DNA of 63,178 nt from contig JAHFOO010000002.1 of assembly GCA_023261645.1 (NCBI GenBank), forward strand, positions 1 through 63,178, given 5' to 3'. Shown one piece after another: positions 60,640 to 63,178 of this stretch (position 1 is the first letter of the stretch; every line of letters starts with the position of its first letter). The translations under genes and the position numbers were made by a program. Under the pieces are notes generated by a model, which was not told the origin of the DNA, did not search any database, and saw only the letters and a program-made list of their open reading frames with translations. Origin of the DNA: Candidatus Moraniibacteriota bacterium. GTDB lineage: Bacteria > Patescibacteriota > Minisyncoccia > Moranbacterales > UBA1568.

Positions 60640-61344
60640 ATGGTTATGAGAAAAGTACTGAAAGGATTTTCTGAGAAGGGAGATGGTTCGATGTATCTTC
60701 CTCCAGTGAATGCATTACCGGAGAATATCGCCAATCGAAAACAGTATTTTGAGATGAATGGTCTGAGTGGAAAGAAAATTGTCATCGCCAATCTCGTTCA
60801 CGGAACGAATGTCGAGAAAGTCGGAGTTTCATCGGAATATTTCATTCCTGTCACGGATGCACTCGTTACCAAGGAGTCAGGAATTATTCTTACACTCACC
60901 GGTGCGGACTGTTTCCCTGTGTATTTCGAAGACAAAACAACCGGCGTCATCGGAATCGCTCACTGTGGGTGGAGAGGAATTGTCGGAGGAATCATCGGGA
61001 AGACGATCGCATCTGTCATCGAGATAGGCGGAAAAGCAGAAAATATCGTTCTCACTATCGGTCCTGGAATCTGCACAAAACATTTCGAAATCAAAGAAGA
61101 TGTACTTTCTTATTTTTTGCCGTATACTGAGTTCATACAGAGAGACAAAGATATCCGAGTAGATTTGAAGGGAATTATAAGAAAGCAGGCATCCGAAGCT
61201 GATGTTTTGTCAGAAAATATTATTGATACGGATGAATGTACCTACTGCTTGCCCGAGAAATATTTCTCCTATCGACGAGATAAGCCGGAGCATCTCGAAG
61301 CACAGATAGCCTTTATCATCCAATTTCCTCATCGAAAATTCTAG
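60640..61344 (+). CDS. pgeF: YfiH/PgeF-family purine nucleoside phosphorylase (laccase-like domain)
   Basis: LVHG, DALVT, TGADCFPV, AHCGWRG, FSYRRD. Confidence 0.9.
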   Translation: MVMRKVLKGFSEKGDGSMYLPPVNALPENIANRKQYFEMNGLSGKKIVIANLVHGTNVEKVGVSSEYFIPVTDALVTKESGIILTLTGADCFPVYFEDKTTGVIGIAHCGWRGIVGGIIGKTIASVIEIGGKAENIVLTIGPGICTKHFEIKEDVLSYFLPYTEFIQRDKDIRVDLKGIIRKQASEADVLSENIIDTDECTYCLPEKYFSYRRDKPEHLEAQIAFIIQFPHRKF

Positions 61345-61365
61345 AATAATTCATTCTCTAAATAT

Positions 61366-61659
61366 ATGAACGAACAATCACCCGGGCAGGGGCAAATGCA
61401 AATCAAGGCGACAGACGAAATATTGAAAGGGGTCTATGCGAACACGATGCAGGTCTTGCATACCAAACAAGAATTCGTTTTGGATTTTATGAATACATTT
61501 CCACCCGCGGGGACTTTGAATGCGCGCATCATTGTCTCCCCAGCTCATTTGAAACAGATAGTCGCCGTTCTTGCGGACAATTTGAATAGATATGAAGCCA
61601 GCTTCGGAAAAGTAGAAGCATCAGAGGCTTCAACAAATACCATCGGTTTTCAAGCATAA
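61366..61659 (+). CDS. DUF3467-like protein
   Basis: GVYAN...EFVLDF...ARIIVSPAHLK. Confidence 0.8.
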   Translation: MNEQSPGQGQMQIKATDEILKGVYANTMQVLHTKQEFVLDFMNTFPPAGTLNARIIVSPAHLKQIVAVLADNLNRYEASFGKVEASEASTNTIGFQA

Positions 61660-61671
61660 AAAATAAAAAAT

Positions 61672-61911
61672 ATGTACGAAGGATTATCAAATGAAAAAGA
61701 TGAAGAAGAGCCGTTGGAAGAGGAAATAGCAGATGAAGTCATCGCTCACGTACAGGAACTGCTCGATGATGGTCTGTACGACGGAGAAGCTCGTAATGAA
61801 GCTATTTCGATGCTCAACAAAGCTCGACTGTCGACAGAGAATTCTCAGGTGATAGCGCAAATAGATGTCTTGCTTGAAGATATCGAGACTCGTTACGGTG
61901 ATGATAAGTGA
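61672..61911 (+). CDS. small acidic hypothetical protein
   Basis: 79 aa, helical, Asp/Glu-rich. Confidence 0.65.
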   Translation: MYEGLSNEKDEEEPLEEEIADEVIAHVQELLDDGLYDGEARNEAISMLNKARLSTENSQVIAQIDVLLEDIETRYGDDK

Positions 61912-61973
61912 AAATTTCTTAACGGGAGGAATTTGTCTGTTTTTCCGAAATGAAGTAGGGTACGATACGACGT

Positions 61974-62555
61974 ATGGAGATACACACAGTACAATTCGTG
62001 AAAGGTGTCATCGGTTCAGAGGGATTGCCGAAACCATCGCTTCCTGTGATCGCTTTTTTTGGACGTTCCAATGTAGGGAAATCCAGCGTCATCAATTCTC
62101 TCGTTCGACAGAAAGGAATGGCACGCTCGAGTTCTTCTGCGGGACGAACGACAGAAATCAACTACTATCTCGTGAATGATGTCTGGTACCTCGTTGATCT
62201 GCCGGGCTATGGCTATGCCAATCGTTCGGCAGAAGTACGAGCCAAACTCGAGAAGCATCTTTCCTGGTATGCCGGAACGGAAGAAGTGGATTTTCTCTGG
62301 GTGGTGCTCATCGTCGATGCGGAAATAGGCGCCAAGGATTCAGACAAGAAAACGTTTGAACTTTTCCGTGAATATGGACGGAACGTGATTATTCTCGCCA
62401 ATAAGGCTGACAAAGGCGGTCGCAATGATATGATGAAAAGTATACAGAAACTCCGCGAAGAATTCCCTCTCTGTCCTGTTATCCGTTATTCGGCTAAGAC
62501 AGGCGAAGGAAGAAACGAACTTCTGCAAACACTCTGGCCTGCGGAAAGGAAATGA
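61974..62555 (+). CDS. engB: ribosome biogenesis GTPase YihA/YsxC
   Basis: GRSNVGKSS, GRT, DLPGYGY, NKADK, SAKTG. Confidence 0.95.
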   Translation: MEIHTVQFVKGVIGSEGLPKPSLPVIAFFGRSNVGKSSVINSLVRQKGMARSSSSAGRTTEINYYLVNDVWYLVDLPGYGYANRSAEVRAKLEKHLSWYAGTEEVDFLWVVLIVDAEIGAKDSDKKTFELFREYGRNVIILANKADKGGRNDMMKSIQKLREEFPLCPVIRYSAKTGEGRNELLQTLWPAERK

Positions 62556-62582
62556 GAGAAAAAAGCGAGTGCCGTGCGAAAG

Positions 62583-62615
62583 AAAAAAGCTCCCGGTGAA
62601 GAGAGCTTTTTTTGT
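62583..62615. terminator. bidirectional terminator
   Basis: AAAAAAGCTC/GAGCTTTTTT. Confidence 0.7.
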
Positions 62616-62637
62616 TGCTTGTTTTCTCTATGTTTAC

Positions 62638-62883
62638 TTAGCGTAAAGCTTTTACAACAAAGATGAGAACAACAGCACCGATGAGGGCGACGACGAAACT
62701 GTAAAGATTGAATCCTGAAACGCCGGATTGACCGAAGAACGTCATAATCCAACCGCCGACAACGGCACCGACGATACCGACGATGACATTGAGCAAAATA
62801 CCTTGCTGGTTGTCAGTATGCATCAGAAGCGATGCGACCCAACCGACGAGACCTCCGAAGATGATCCAAATAAGAATACTCAT
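62638..62883 (-). CDS. GlsB/YeaQ/YmgE-family stress membrane protein
   Basis: WIIFGGLVGWVAS...NVIVGIVGAVVGG...SFVVALIGAVVL. Confidence 0.88.
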   Translation of the reverse strand: MSILIWIIFGGLVGWVASLLMHTDNQQGILLNVIVGIVGAVVGGWIMTFFGQSGVSGFNLYSFVVALIGAVVLIFVVKALR

Positions 62884-62910
62884 AAGATATTTAGTGTTAG
62901 TGATTATTTT

Positions 62911-63177
62911 TTATTTGTCCTGCTGATCGAGTTTCATTGCCGCCTCAGGAGTGGAAACCGTTTTTCCCATCACGAGGAGCTTGATGATTCCCCAAGCGAT
63001 TACCCAGTAGACGAACATCGCGAGGATGGTTGTCCATTCGAAAATACTTCCCTGTGCTTTGGATACTCGAAAAACAGTGACAAATGGTGAGGCGAATGGC
63101 CCTGTTACCGAATAGATAAAATTCGTGAATCCTGCTCCGGCATTGGCGCCGAGAAGCTTGAGTACGAAACGAAACGC
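62911..63177 (-). CDS. YggT-family membrane protein, 5'-truncated by the window edge
   Basis: Manual translation AFRFVLKLLGAN...FIYSVTGPFASPF...FEWTTILAMFVY...DQQDK*; not in the ORF track. Confidence 0.78.
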   Translation of the reverse strand, partial: AFRFVLKLLGANAGAGFTNFIYSVTGPFASPFVTVFRVSKAQGSIFEWTTILAMFVYWVIAWGIIKLLVMGKTVSTPEAAMKLDQQDK

Positions 63178-63178
63178 G

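Overview
A gene-dense 63 kb bacterial chromosomal window (genetic code 11). Gene content and style point to a Patescibacteria/CPR (Parcubacteria, Moranbacteria-like) genome; this is an inference. Supporting features are Shine-Dalgarno-less core genes, a DUF4012-like gene, ftsA followed by a baseplate-J-like membrane protein, short HrcA and AlaRS, and an ADP-forming acyl-CoA ligase. Contents: secreted-protein island (1-3440), surface-polysaccharide genes, acd, trmD-ftsW-murG-murC-murB, hpf-secA, rplI, pyrG, an F-type ATPase operon lacking delta, rpmA, scpAB, mraY-pgk-eno-pfkB-ftsA, alaS, rplU, recR-dnaB, cysS-corA, CIRCE-hrcA-grpE-dnaK, pgeF, engB. No CRISPR, transposase, integrase or rRNA was seen. 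The most unusual signals are non-coding. (1) A 362-nt tRNA-Ala-like scaffold (25175-25536) has hairpin or repeat insertions in all four loops, and its anticodon-loop insertion carries a complete tRNA-Ala(CGC). (2) Several sequence-unrelated 180-200-nt intergenic segments fold into wobble-rich rods. (3) A promoter- and terminator-bounded ~200-nt RNA lies between pyrG and the atp operon. (4) Short palindromic repeats are shared between intergenic spacers and the tRNA scaffold. Coding highlights: an orphan LuxI-type acyl-homoserine-lactone synthase homolog, co-loss of ATPase delta and the alpha N-terminal docking segment, a LysM plus beta-barrel-like protein, and a TGA-interrupted accessory ORF missed by the ORF track. 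All base pairings were read by eye, not computed.
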